Source of the DNA: Octopus vulgaris
Lineage: Eukaryota
Assembly: GCA_951406725.2 (NCBI GenBank)
Contig: OX597814.1
Span: 105,772,001-105,836,000, forward strand
Length of the DNA: 64,000 bases
Direction of reading: 5' to 3'
Of the stretch, positions 1 through 14,186 are shown piece after piece; positions within the stretch are counted from its first letter, which is position 1; every line of letters begins with the position of its first letter. The notes beneath the pieces were generated by a model. That model was not told the DNA's origin. It did no database searches and saw nothing but the letters and a program-made list of their open reading frames with translations. A program made the translations under genes and the position numbers.

Positions 1-289
1 GAAGGAGTTTGTACAGGCTAAAAATAAGTCCTATTTCCTTCAAGTGAATGCCAACTGAATGAATGTCTACGTTTGTTTCTTTTTTTGACAATTCTTATAA
101 GTGACGACCAAGTCCACTGCGTGATGGCAAGGCGTGGCACTTGCAGACTCTGACGTCACCATAGTTGATTGATAGTAAATCACTTTGATAACCTACTGAA
201 TGAAGGTTCAAACTCAGTGAGTACCAAATGTTTTATATATTTACACACACACACACACAAACGCACACACTCACGTTGTTGGCAATTAT

Positions 290-498
290 TTAACCTTTTA
301 CCATTCAACCCGGCCACATCTGACCCAAATATTCTACTAATTTTATGTTACAACTGGCCAGGTCTGGCTTCTCACACCTGTCCTATAATAATGTCATTCT
401 AAAATAAGCAATCACACCGTGAAAATCTCTTAGCTACTAGATAATGCATGATTAATTCTAAATACCGCGAATAAATAAGCATTATCTGAATATTAAAT
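290..498. mobile_element. Possible decayed piggyBac-type MITE
   Basis: Begins TTAA-CCTTTTACCATTCA. The right end (tctgaatattaaa) only weakly matches as an inverted terminus. Confidence 0.3.
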
Positions 499-1011
499 AT
501 GTTGCCAATAACCTAATTTGGATAACTGACATGTTAATTAATAATTTTGTCTCACCTTAATTAGTTTTTAAAAATTCATTCTCTCTTACTGTCATTAATT
601 ATAATTAATAATTTTGTTAAAACATTTTCCACCAACTTTGTTTCAATAACTGAACATTTGTGCCACCAGCTTCTCTGAAGCTGTTCTGGCGCTTGTTTAA
701 CTCCCGATCAGCTCAGATAAACCAGACCTATAATCAATGATGTTTCACCTGTGGCCATCCCGTCTATATAGTATGACTATGTTGCACCGCATCATCTAAT
801 GTATCTGCTTTTATTACTTAAATAGTATTCTCTCTCTCTCTCACTTCCTTTTTCTCACCAACCCCACTCTCTCTCTCTTTCTCTCCCACCCTCATTTCAT
901 TTGCTATTTGACTGTTATTACTGGCAGATTGAGCGAGTGAGTATAGTTTCTCCTCTTCTAACAAGCATTGGATTTTACCATATAAAAATTATTTTGAATA
1001 AAAGTAATAAT

Positions 1012-1197
1012 AACCCTTTCTATTAAAGGCGCAACGCTTGAAATTTTAGGGACGAGTGTGGTCGATTAAATCGACCCCAGTGCACAACTGGTTCTTATTT
1101 CATTGACCCCGAAAAGCAAAGTCGATTTCGACAGAACATGCACTCGGAAAAAAAAGCATTTTGCATGGTATGCTAACAATAGTTTTACAGCTCGTCA
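1012..1197 (-). mobile_element. SINE family A, degenerate copy
   Basis: Contains gtcgattaaatcgaccccagtgcacaactgg...gaccccgaaa...gcaaagtcga, shared with the intact copies at 36268 and 43540. Confidence 0.75.
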
Positions 1198-1559
1198 GAT
1201 TAATAATAGGAAACTCAATAAATGACAGAGGAATTAGCTTACAGCTGTTTCTGCCATCAGATGCAATGTACCCATAGTTGATTGCTTGCGTATCACTCTC
1301 GTGCTTCATCGAAGCTTAAAATGGGCTTTTAAACTTTCCTTTCTTGCTATCTCAGGCGTTTCTCACCTTCAACTTTCGGCTCTTACATCTGCCCATCACT
1401 TCGAGATCATATGATGGAACGCCCACTCGGGGCCACAAACCAATTCTGTGCCAGAAGATTGTCTCTTGGCTTTTCAGTCCCCTTTGCATTGGCTTTGAGT
1501 ATCAATGGCGCCAAAGTTGAAGTGATTACGATGATGTCCGCTTCTGCCTACGTTATCCT

Positions 1560-1860
1560 TGGAGCTGGCCCTGTGCTGCTACGGAAGTATTATCGGCAGC
1601 ATTAATGGTCTTTACCCTATGGGCCTGCTGTTGTCTAGCACCCACTTTAACATTTTTCTTCTAGGCAAAAGCGCCCATGTGACCATTAATACTCTACGTG
1701 CATCAGTTGGGCCTTCTATTCTGCACCACCAATCTGATTGGTCTATTTCCCTCTCGCACAGTCGGTTATAACCCTATGATAGCTGCGTGATCCTTAAAAA
1801 TGATCAGAAACTCGATGTCTATGTAGACTTCGCTCGAACCTATGATGTGTTAGGTTACCT
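1560..1860 (+). pseudogene. Possible highly decayed LINE reverse-transcriptase remnant
   Basis: Pieces FLLGKSAHVTIN...SVGP and YVDFARTYD resemble the LINE RT motifs FLxxRxxxVxIN..GP and YLDFxKAFD, but they are degenerate and out of the usual order. Confidence 0.25.
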
Positions 1861-2404
1861 CGGCATTCGCCATCTTCCTTCACTGTATATTTAATAAGCA
1901 GAGGTGTAGCATAGCGTCGGCTTCTATCTCAGGTCGACGTAACTTAGAGTATCGGTTCACTCCAACTTCCAAATTGATGTTCTCTTGCAATAAACTATTA
2001 ATAAAGATGTTATTAATATAAATGTATGGGTTTTTGCCAACATATAAACGAAATTTGCAACACGGAAACTTATTCGAGATGCGATTCTTTGAGATAAAAT
2101 CTCTTCTCCAAGCGTGGATCAAAATACTTCTTGATGCAAACATCAATTTATGTAATGGGGAAAATATAAGACATTGAAAATGGTGTTATAAGTGTTGACA
2201 TCAATGTACACACGTACCTTAACGCACGCACATACACACACACACACACGTATATATGTATGTATTGTTAAATATGTCGGTGTGTGTGAGTGTATGCCTC
2301 TGTGTGTGTGTGTATATGATACGGGTTTTTATTAATGTCGATAAGCCGGAAAATATCTCAAGAGACAAAGATTGATGTATGTGTGTGCCTCAGTGCGGTG
2401 CGTG

Positions 2405-2408
2405 CATT

Positions 2409-2466
<58 letters not shown>

Positions 2467-2895
2467 TGTGTATGTGCGCGCGCGCGCTTATCAATCCGTG
2501 TGTGTGTGCGTGTGTCTTTATATAAGTATATTGCTCTAATCTCTACATCTGGATTTATGTTGTATATTTTGTTGATTTCTCTGTTTCATAAGAACATCCT
2601 TCATTAGATATATCATCACGCCTTTCTGGATTCCAATATCTTTTCCATCAGCAATTCTCCAAGACGAATTGCAAATCCATCTTCCCCCCCTTCCTTCCAT
2701 CTCTTCTTTCTTAATATTCTCTCTTTCAACCTTCTTTCACATTTTTCTTTCTTCACACTTTAACTCTCTACAACTATTCCATGTACGTACATTATGCGCG
2801 CGCGCGTGTGTATATGTATATATATATATGTACATATTGTATGTGTATGTATGTATATATATATATATATATATATATAGTGTCTTTGTGCGAAT

Positions 2896-2964
<69 letters not shown>

Positions 2965-2982
2965 TGTACATATTATTTTGCT

Positions 2983-3013
<31 letters not shown>

Positions 3014-3205
3014 TATGTTTGTATATATATATATATATATATACAAACATAATATGTATATATATATATATATATATACATATGTTTGTGTGTATGAATA
3101 TATATATATACATACACACACACACAAACATATATATGCATCTATTTATGCGTATATACATGTATATATGTGTACATATATGTGTGTATCTGTAAAATTA
3201 TATCT

Positions 3206-3239
<34 letters not shown>

Positions 3240-3490
3240 GTATCTGTGTATAAATATATGTATATATATGTGTGTAATGGATGGTTGGATATATAAGTAG
3301 ATGAATGGTTGTATCTATGTACGTGTATGAATATCTATATATGTGTGTGCGTTCGTGTGAGTGTATGTGTGTGTGTGTGTTTGTGTATGTATGTATATAC
3401 ATACAGAGCAAGAGAGATCTAAGGGTTGTGTGGGACGACATATATATATGTGTGTGTATGTGTCTGTTTGTGTGTTTGTGTGTGTGTGTT
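2405..3490. repeat. Compound (TA)n/(TG)n/(CA)n microsatellite block
   Basis: Directly visible; source of the YIYI/VCVC ORFs. Confidence 0.95.
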
Positions 3491-4409
3491 GCCACTCTGT
3501 TATAAGAGTGAATTTTTCGCGGCTCATTTTTCATAAAAGAAAAAACAAACAAAACCTTTTACGAAATTTCCTTCTTTTATATTCTTCCACTTTATTCGTT
3601 AACATATTTGCTTCGTCATTTGCATATATCTTCCTCCCTTCTTCCTTCCCCCTGTCCCTTATTCTCTCTTAATCCCTAATCTATCCAATATCTCTGAATT
3701 CCTATATTACCCCCTCCCTTTCCGTCATTCCTTCACAGTATATCTCCCGGTGATAACCGCTCTAGCTGACCCTCTTCTATGTGTTTTCTCGAACTCCGAC
3801 CAACATTATTGCTTCAATGACAACAGCTGAAACATTTAATGTAGATTTTCCTTAACATTAAACATTTTGTTGCTTCATGATAATCTTGCTGGTGATTGTT
3901 AAGGAATTAAAGAGGAACTTTTCGCCAGTCATCCCAATTCTATGTCAGAATATCGATTTCGAACGGGCGCTGCTTCTCCCGGATCCCTCTAACCTTTATT
4001 GGAAACGAAAGGGGCAAATATTTTCGTGCCTTTTTACTCATTCGGAGCCGGGGCCTTTTTTTCGTACGAGTTCAAATGAACACACATACACATGTATATA
4101 TAGGAATGCATCACAGGAAAAGGATGGAAAATGCGCCAAATTTTTATGCATAAATGTATATTTGTTTCAATAAAGTATTTTTTATTTTTAACATACGAAG
4201 TAAATATTTACACACAGGAAAATAAACAGGCGAAAATATTTACATACAGACACTCACAAATACTCACACACAAACACTTACACACAAACACTCACACGCG
4301 CGCGCACCCATAAGTGTGTGTATATAGAAATACTTTTAATAATTAACAAGTGTAAATTTTACAAATGAAGATTTACCATAATATTGTTATCCCTCATCAC
4401 TGTTTATAT

Positions 4410-4900
4410 ATGATATATACATACATACATATATATGTATTATATATATATGTATGTGTGTGTGTTTATATACATATGTGTGTGTATATAGATGTTTGTA
4501 TATATATGTATATATGTGTGTAAATATATATGTGTGTAAATATATATGTGTGTATATATGTATATGTGTATATATATGTATATGTGTATATATATATATG
4601 CATGTGTATGTATATGTATATATATATGTGTATATATACATGTGTATGTATCTATATGTATATGTATGTGTACATATATATATTTATACATATCTATATG
4701 TATATATATACATATATGTATGTATGTAATTATATATAAGTATATGTAGATATATATGTGTGTGTGTACATATGTGTATATACGTATATGAATGCATATG
4801 TATGTATGTATGTATATGTATGTATGTGTATATGCGGGTATGAATGTATGTGTATGTATGTATATGTGTGTGTGTCTGCGTGTGTGTGTGTGTGTGTGTG
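4410..4900. repeat. Degenerate (TA/TG)n microsatellite
   Basis: Directly visible. Confidence 0.95.
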
Positions 4901-5206
4901 CAAGACAGCAAAAGACTCATTGATAGGAAATTCTAATATATTTCCTTTGCCAAGCTAACGACATCTCCTTCCTCTTTCTTCCTCTCGAATTCCTAACAGA
5001 AATATTCACTCTGCTAACGTTATTACTGCTGCTCCTCTCTGCTAATTTACTCCGTCCATCTTTCCGGTTTCTTCTCTCTCTCTCTCTCTTTCTCTCTCCC
5101 TCTCCCCCTCTCTCTGTCCACTGTTTTATAAATAAGACAATTCCGTTAACGTCTAAAGATAATTTATATCTAAACAAAGACGTCATGCCTTCTCGCTCAC
5201 TCATAA

Positions 5207-5270
<64 letters not shown>

Positions 5271-5829
5271 ATTCCCAACACGTGTGTGGCCATATCTTTC
5301 TCGTTAGTTCCTTCAATTTTCTTTTTTATTCTTAGAATATTCTTCTTGTCAACTGGTCTTTCTCATGGACGACGTTTCAAAAACAGAACACAAAAGAAAT
5401 ATAATTATTTATGTTAATAACTTGATTAATTTCTCGCTAATTACCCAAGTACTGTGTTTAAGAGCAGAGCGATAGAGACTGGTTTTGTCTTTCTCTCAAC
5501 CGAAGTGTTTGCTATTAACACAGCATGGCCACTGGAACAGTGACACATTGCAATGGTTGGCTGGTTGGTGAGATTTATTTGGCGCGAACAGGTAAGAAGT
5601 GGAAAACAACCGTACGACTTCGTCAGACTTGATGGTGTTAAGTCGATGAGAGCGCATGTCTGACAACGGTGTGGTCACGGGTCCCACGGCGTGACCGACA
5701 CGCGGACTCGGTGTCAGGTGTTCCATGGTGGTTGATAAAAGTGCAGGAGAATGTCGTTTGTGATTGTTAATTAGTAATTAATTATGACACAGGCGATGAC
5801 GGTGAGAGAGAACAACGCTGAAACAAAAG

Positions 5830-5839
5830 ACAACAGCAA

Positions 5840-5870
<31 letters not shown>

Positions 5871-6187
5871 AACAACAATAATAATAATAATGATGATGAT
5901 GATGATAATAACAACAGCAACAATAATAATAACAATAATAATGATGATGATAATAATAACAACAGCAACAATAATAATAATAATAATGGTGATAATAATA
6001 AATAACAGCAACAATAATAATAACAATAATAATGATGATGATGATAATAATAATAACAACAACAGCAACAATAATGATAACAATAATAATGGTGATGATA
6101 ATAATAATAACAACAGCAACAATAATAATAACAATAATAATGATGATAATAATAACAACAGCAACAACAACAATAATAATAATAATG
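5830..6187. repeat. Compound (AAC)/(AAT)/(GAT) trinucleotide array with a higher-order unit
   Basis: A unit like aacagcaacaataataataacaataataatgatgat recurs about six times. Confidence 0.95.
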
Positions 6188-6393
6188 AGGTCGGGTTGTG
6201 GAAATATATGAGACTATGAAGATGGAAGTGTGGCAATATGTGTAACAGTACATGAGACGTATGCGTTTATCTATATACTTGTGTGTATTTGTTAGTAAGA
6301 CAGAGGTGAATGAGAGGATACGGTGAGGTCGGTGTGGCTGGTGGTGATGACAAAATATATAGTTTATATATTATTTACTCAGAACAATGAAGT

Positions 6394-6424
<31 letters not shown>

Positions 6425-6569
6425 ATGAACAACAAAACCAAAAACTTCTCTGACGATCAATATTCCTTCGCTGGAGGACATTCAAGAACGATCGTTATAA
6501 GAAACTCTAATATTTATATTGATATATCTATGTCAAATATTTCATCTCCCTTCTTTTGTGTATAATGTT

Positions 6570-6665
<96 letters not shown>

Positions 6666-7142
6666 ACCCTCGTTTCCCCCTGTGGAATCTTATATTTTCT
6701 GTTACATATTTCTCTAATTGTTGGCAGTGATGGCGACGACGGACATGTCTTAACACTTTTACGCTGACTTTATACCATGGGAAAGGAACCTGTCTTTGTC
6801 CAAAGACAGATTAAAAGCCACTTTCTTCAGTAGTAAGTCTTGGGTTGTCTAGTTTAACCCCAGCATTCTTGATGTGGACGAAGAACTTTATATCTAGAAT
6901 CACATCTAGTGTATCCTTCCTTTTTTTGGCTTGGTTATTTGAAGTAAATTTTCGCTGCTATTTCTAGCTTGTCAAATGTCCTAGTAGAGACCGACTCATT
7001 GCTTCATTTCACAGTGGTCTTTCAACGATACATCTATGTGTTTTTTTTACCATCTTTCGACCGACGATTACTTCATATGATGTTTTGCCACAATATTTAT
7101 TGAACGAAACGTAATGCAGACGTTTAAGATTAGCTGGTTCAA

Positions 7143-8358
7143 ACGACTCGTTCAAATGATTCGATCAGATGACTCTTTCTACATACAAATGAACAGTGAC
7201 TGAACCTAATCTCCACCACAAGCGTTCGATCTCCGCCATCGATGAACTCAACTCCCGAATCTTCTTTGAAAAATTTACCGTTTACTCTGTTGTAAACATT
7301 TCTTCAGTCATTTTCACTTTGTCTTTATCATCAAATCGTTGTCTCCGAAGACTATCCTCCATTGGACCGAATATGGGAAAGTTAGAGGATGTCCGATTCG
7401 GGCTGTACGATGGATAGTGGATCAGGGGTCGATCCAATTTAATGATTGCCCGTTTTGTTACCAAAGATCTTTGTGTTGGCGCATTGTCAAGGTCAATGTG
7501 GATTGTTAACAGATTTCTGTTCGGCCTCTTCTTCAGGGTGGCTTTTATACGTTGGTTGAGTATCTCAATGCACCGCTTGTAAAGTCACATTCCAGAAAGA
7601 CAAGGAAAACGACGCCCTTGTGATATTCTAAAGCACTAACTATCATTTCTTCTGCGATCATCGGCCCTTGAACTTCTTAGGATGGGAGGTGTGACATATT
7701 TCCATCGACGGGGCTATCCTCTCTTAATCATAAAAGTACACGTGCCATTCTCTTCTGTCACCAGGTCAAAAAATAAGAAAACACCTTCAAACGCCTCTAG
7801 CAAATCAAAAGAGAATTCCACTCTTCTTTCCTTCAAATCAGGTGCCGTCTGCCGATGTACCTACTTTGCACACACTTACTACCACTCAAAGTCTTTCACC
7901 ATCTTTTGTAAGCACTCATTGACAGTAAGCTCACGAATAACAACTCATCGGTTCGTCCAGTCAAGATCGTTTCGCTTCACTGGTCGTAGTTAAAGGTCCA
8001 CTACTGCATAGTTTGTCTTCAATATTGCGTTTCTCCTTTTTTAAAAAGAAAATTTTTCATCTATGCACATTGTTTTCGTCAGTGGTGTCATCTCTTTAAA
8101 CTACCCGTAGCCTTCTTTGAATATTGGACAGCCTATACTCCTTCTTCCTCAACAACACAACATCGAGCATTGCTTCTGCATGACAAACATTATTTGCCTG
8201 CAATAAAGAACTGCAAGAAAAATTACTCTACTGACGTGAAAATTTCACGACTTGTGTCAATAAATATAAAAGTTACACCAGTTATGTCCACGGCTGCCTA
8301 ATTTTTCGTACAACTCCCATAATATCACAACATTCTACTTTCACTATTGAACACATCG
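7143..8358 (-). mobile_element. Decayed near full-length mariner transposon (transposase pseudogene)
   Basis: Minus-strand pieces occur in the correct order: NIQRRLRVV; VCAK*VHRQ..KERRVE (WVPR motif); SME..HPKKFK; DNAP (HDNA motif); YPSYSPNRTSSNFPIFGPM (YSPDLAPSDFHLF motif). Stops and frameshifts are present and TIRs are barely recognisable, so the ends are approximate. Confidence 0.85.
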
Positions 8359-8386
8359 GGTCCGATAATTTAGAAAATTATTATTG

Positions 8387-8436
<50 letters not shown>

Positions 8437-8437
<1 letters not shown>

Positions 8438-8578
8438 GGGTGGTTAGTGGCAGACACAGTAGAGTAATGGATTAAATGTGTTGCGTTACTTAGTTACGTC
8501 TCTTTGATCTTCTGAGCTCAAATCTTGTGGTGAGGGGGTCAATTCTGTATTCCACCCTCACGGGGCCGACAACATAAA
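8437..8578 (+). mobile_element. SINE family A, old degenerate copy
   Basis: ggcagac...ttctgagctcaaatc...caccctcacggggccgac aligns by eye to the family A head and core. Confidence 0.55.
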
Positions 8579-8689
8579 TAGCAACAAAGAAGAAATGTTT
8601 GTGTCCCTGTACTTCGAGTAGAAGCTCGAAGAATGGGAACTGAAAACCAAAGTTGATAGATTACGTTTATTTTCATTTAACGTCAAAGT

Positions 8690-8737
<48 letters not shown>

Positions 8738-8964
8738 TTCTCGCTCTCTATCTTCTTCTTCTTCTTCTTCTTCTTCTTCTTCTTCTTCTTTTTCTTCTTT
8801 TTTTGTTTGGAAATATCTCGTGTTTACTCTCCAGTAACAACATTGGCAGCAAAACATGTCAGAAAAATTAAGACTTCGTTCTTCAAAAGCTTCGCTGCAA
8901 CATTCCTACGGAATATCACGGAAAGCACCACCTCTTCCTCCTCTTCTATATCAATCGTTTTCAC

Positions 8965-9024
<60 letters not shown>

Positions 9025-9715
9025 CATCATTAAATTCTATTTGTTGTAGTTTTGTAAATATTTACTTGTGTATAATCTACAGAATTATATAATTTAATTA
9101 TCTTTCCCATCGTTTCCATTTACACACTAACGACTACAACAACAGCAACATTCACGGCGATGTTTATAGAAACGCAGACATTCTGTGTGCGGTTTGTTTT
9201 GACCAGAATAATTGTGTTAAGTGATTCCCCGCAGTGGTAGGTGTGTTCTCTGCACCCCGGCTACACACATGCAGGATATTTACGACTCGTCCATGTTTGA
9301 ATTCTTCAGCAAAAATATCTCATGTCACGTGACACAGCCCCGCTATTTACCAACCCAAATTATGTGAAGGTATTTAGTTGGTGATTAGTTGAACACGCAC
9401 GCGCACACACACACGCACGCACACAAATTCAACACCGCCCGCTTCAATACCGGTGCTCTCCTTTACAGCAGTTTTAAATAATTCTTGAAGTACAATGTCC
9501 ACTGTTCTGAAAAGAAACAGAAGTTAATCCAGCAGAGTACAGAAACTATTTGCGGCGCAATAAATATGTACCTTATTAATTTGAGGACTACTTATCAAAT
9601 TAATAAGTAATCTTCATAGATTCCGTTCTGTAAGGTTTTCTGCCAACGGAGCATGAAATCGTTATTTCGCTTGGTGTCCGAATTGAAATAATAAAACAAA
9701 ACGGTAAAACAATAA

Positions 9716-9860
9716 TAATCCTTTCTACTATTGGCACGAGGTCCGAAATTTGGGGGGAGGGGGGGAGGCAATCGATTACATTGACCGCCATTGCTCAGCT
9801 AGCTCTTATGTTTTCGACCTCGAAAGCATTGAAAGCTGGTGGAATGTGAACCCAGAGTGT
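9716..9860 (-). mobile_element. SINE family A, degenerate 3' portion
   Basis: cctttctactattggcacgaggtccgaaatttgggg...atcgattacattgacc matches the tail of the 29711 and 43540 copies. Confidence 0.7.
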
Positions 9861-9869
9861 AAACACAGG

Positions 9870-9930
<61 letters not shown>

Positions 9931-11924
9931 GGATGAACAGATAGATAAATACATAGGTAGATTGATAGATGGATGGATAGGGGGTGGATAGAGAAGTCAT
10001 GATTTTCCTTTTATATTTTCTGCAATCTCTTCGATAGCTCAAGGAAGTACTTGCTGTGTTGACTATCTCCATATTTTAAGAGTTTCCTCCTGACATTACC
10101 AGCTCTAAGGCCGGTGGCCTATCATCTCATCAGATCCTGCTTATCTCGGAAAAAAAACGAAAACAAAAAGAAACTATAAAACAATGCAAAAAGGCATTTT
10201 TAACGTTAGAAATATTTCGATTGTGTCACGTCGGGGTGAGTGTTTCCTTTCGATCAGATTAACCGATCGCCAACATTCCGCCACCACCACCACCCTACCC
10301 ATCACTATCTCAGCTGCCGGCACCGCTGCGGCATTCTTCACTGTTAGCCTCATAGTGTCTCTCGGCTGCCCGGCTAAAGTGCCAAGTCCTGCCATTTGCG
10401 AAGACGGAGATTCTGATTACAAATGGCCGTTAGCGAATCTCGAAGCAGTTGAGATTTTTCTCCGAATTAAAAAAATTTGGACACGGTTCTTCCGGAGATA
10501 AATAAAGAAATAATGTGAAGAAATTCTTTTCCTATCTACCTCAAAGAAGTCGAAAAATCGTCTTTCTCCGCATGTTCGATACTGCTACTGCAAATTCTGG
10601 CTGACAATTTCCAAAGACGAACGGGCACACACACACACACACACACACACACTCTTTCCCCCTCCCTTCTCGCTCTGTAACTGGTCATGTCAATGAACTG
10701 CGACACAAAGGAAGCGGGCTCAGTATTTATTTTTTTTTCTGATAAATGGTCGCTCTTTGGAAATTGGAAACAATCTCTCTGTTAATAAAAACTGTTCGTT
10801 GCGAAACACAAACAAACGTGCGCGCGCGTTCCCAACCGCCCAGTTATCCTAATTTATGAGTTCATTTCCTGGTTTTTACCATTTTATTTGACTTGAAGAA
10901 GATGCTGCCAATATAAACACTTACCAAGTCTATGGGATATTTTTTTAATGCCGAAAATACAGCTACAATACAAAACGCCCCACACAAACACACCTACACA
11001 CACATACACACATACATACACACACACACCTACACACACACCTACACACACACACACACGCCTACACAGCAACAGTGTTACTTGTAGTTTCTTGGCAATG
11101 CAGCTTTATGTTTTCCTATATATTATGTCAAACTATTTTTTCATCCTGTTCTACATTATTATGGAAAGCTCCCGGACCAGATTATCATCATCATCATCAT
11201 TATTATTATATATTTCTTTTTTTTTTTTCTTTTTTGTTTTATTTAGCTTCATATGTTTGTTTGTCCTGTGGTGAACGTGTTTCTGAATTTCCTTCGACCA
11301 TTTTCTTCATAACGACTCAAGGCCAGCTGACCTTTCAATCTCCCGCCATAAAACAGCGGGCGATATTTATACGTCGTTTTGTAAAGTTTTTCGCTTTCCT
11401 TTTCTTTTTTCGAGCATACGCACACTCGCACACCAACACCTACATATACCTAGACACGGGCCTTTGTGTCCACACTTGTGTTGGATGCGTGAAACGGAGG
11501 GATAAATAGTCTAATAGAAGTCGACTCCATCGTAAATTCAAACCGTTTTTATAATATGGTGAGACAACTTTATTGATGGTATTAGGGATCCATAGCACAA
11601 CAGGTCGCGCTGCAGCCTTTCATTTTCACAATTGCACTGTGTGTGTGTGCATGAGTGTGTGTAAACGTAGACACAAGATGTGTGTATATATGTGTGTCTG
11701 TGTGTATGTGGTGCGTACGTACGTGCGTGTACATATATACTTGTGTTTGTGTGTCAGTCTGTCGGTCTCTCTTTATCTCTCTTTCCATCTCTCTCTCTAT
11801 ATATATATACACACACATACATATATATATACATAGGTATATATATATACATACATATACAGACATATATATATATATATATATATATACATACATAGAT
11901 ATATATACGTACATATATACATGC

Positions 11925-11996
<72 letters not shown>

Positions 11997-12014
11997 ACAT
12001 ATATATATATATAA

Positions 12015-12095
<81 letters not shown>

Positions 12096-12136
12096 TGTAT
12101 GTATGTATGTATGTATGTATGTATATGCATATATGG

Positions 12137-12310
12137 CTACAGGACGTCAAAAAAAACGTGAAGAAAATGAAAAGCGGGAACGTAAAAAACACAAAAACAT
12201 GGAAAACGAACATTTTTTTTTTCGAACAAGGAAAGAAAGAAACGAGACAAGCAACATAAATAGCAATCCCTTCATCCCTTGTCCTGTTTTATCTACTCCG
12301 CGTTTCAAAC
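12137..12310. repeat. Unclassified interspersed repeat; related copies at 16463-16568 and a stub at 36044-36075
   Basis: Shared TACAGGACGTCAAAAAA...AAACATGGAAA.CGAAC.TTT..TTCGAACAA.GAAAGAA...GAGACA.G.CAACA. All three copies start beside TA-rich repeats. Confidence 0.75.
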
Positions 12311-12711
12311 ACATATGTGTGTGTGTGTGCGTGCATTCATGCATAGACTTGTATGTCCGTGTATGTATATGTGTATGTATATTCGTGTGAAGAGAGTGTT
12401 TATGTTACATAATAAATTTCTCCATGATGTCGCTGTTGTGTCATGATGACGTCATCTATCCTCAGTACAGTTGCCTTACAGTTCACCCTCTAACGTCACC
12501 TAACGAATATAATAATTACATGAACCACCATTTTGCAGGGTCCACTCTCCCGCCATTTTGTCTTGTTGCCATGGGGTTTTATTGAGATATTCACACCTAA
12601 CTCAGACACACCTGGACTACCGCAAATACGTCTGTTTCTAGGCGTATTTCGTTCTATCGTTTGAATAAAAGTAATTGAATACAACGACACTAGTTTCAAC
12701 ACACACACATG

Positions 12712-12978
12712 CATCATCATCATTGTTCGGGTGTGGTCGAGACAATGAAATTTACTATGTTACGCCATACCTCACGGTCCATCAGTAGCATTACGGAGGT
12801 CCTGTTGCTGGATGCCTGTATCCCTGGAGATTACATCAGGGTAGGAGAGTGTGCGCCCTCTGGTATTGCGAGCAGATGGCTTCCAGAGGAGAAGAGTATA
12901 AATTACTCCGTTTTCAGCTTTACAACAATGTCCAGCAAACTGGACTCTTCTACCTTTCACAAGAGATAATACAGGTGC
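12712..12978 (-). mobile_element. 3' end of an RTE-type LINE (5'-truncated)
   Basis: Minus strand reads RRVQFAGHC...LLLWKP...GRTLSYPDVISRDTG...DLRNA, frameshift, MDREVWRNIV, then stop and a (TGA)n tail. This is typical of an RTE ORF C-terminus. Confidence 0.8.
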
Positions 12979-13569
12979 ACACACATGCACTCAAACACAT
13001 ACACATTCACGCACGCACACACACACTGTCTCTGTCAGATTCCCTCTGTGGAAACTATTTGCTAATGATGTAGATGCATCTCGATTATGCTGTAATCGTT
13101 TTATTTAGAGGCGCAGGGTGGGGGGGGGGCAACAACAGCCGATGATGACGGGATTGGTTTTTGACTGTGACATTTGTTGTTCATGTTGTTGCTGTGTATT
13201 ATTAACTGCTTATATCTGTGCTTTTGTTGCGTCTATTACTTCACTTCCTGCTGTTGCTGTTGGTGATGGTGATGCTACATTTCGCATGCTGTCTTCGTTG
13301 CGAACTCTCTCTGCCTTGGCAAGAGACAATTGCTGATGCAAATATATTTTATCTTAATGGCCGTCGATGTGTCATCGTTTTCCCTCTCTTCATAACGCCA
13401 TCACAATTTGTCTTCATAATTCATAGATCCGGAATAAAAATCTCAAGGGAACTATACATATGCATGTGTGTACGCGTGTGATGTCCGTACGACTATGGAA
13501 ATAATATACATCTGCGTGTGTATCTGTTTATATATATACATATATATACATATATATATACATATACAT

Positions 13570-13600
<31 letters not shown>

Positions 13601-13605
13601 CACTC

Positions 13606-13697
<92 letters not shown>

Positions 13698-13703
13698 ACA
13701 CAT

Positions 13704-13747
<44 letters not shown>

Positions 13748-14134
13748 TGTGGAATTTGATTTCTTGTATATGTGCTGGGTTGTGTCATGCATACATATGA
13801 TGCCTAATGTATATATGTATGCTTGTGTCGGAAAACGAAAAAGCATGTGTGTGAAAAATATATTACGTCAACTAATCCACGTTCGAGTATCAAGTATGCG
13901 ATGGTGATAAATATGAGATGTATGTATGATTCACACATTATGTTGATGTGTTCTGAGTATTAATATGTGTGTGTGTGTGTGTGTGTGTTTCGCATCTGTG
14001 TGTTTTGAATATATTTTCCGTTTTCTGTGTTCGCACCTTTCGGTGTTTTATCCGTCAGCACAAGTAGATATTTGACATGAATATTTATTATTGCATAAAT
14101 CATGCCACTTGTCAGAATATGTGCTGCTAGTCAC

Positions 14135-14186
<52 letters not shown>

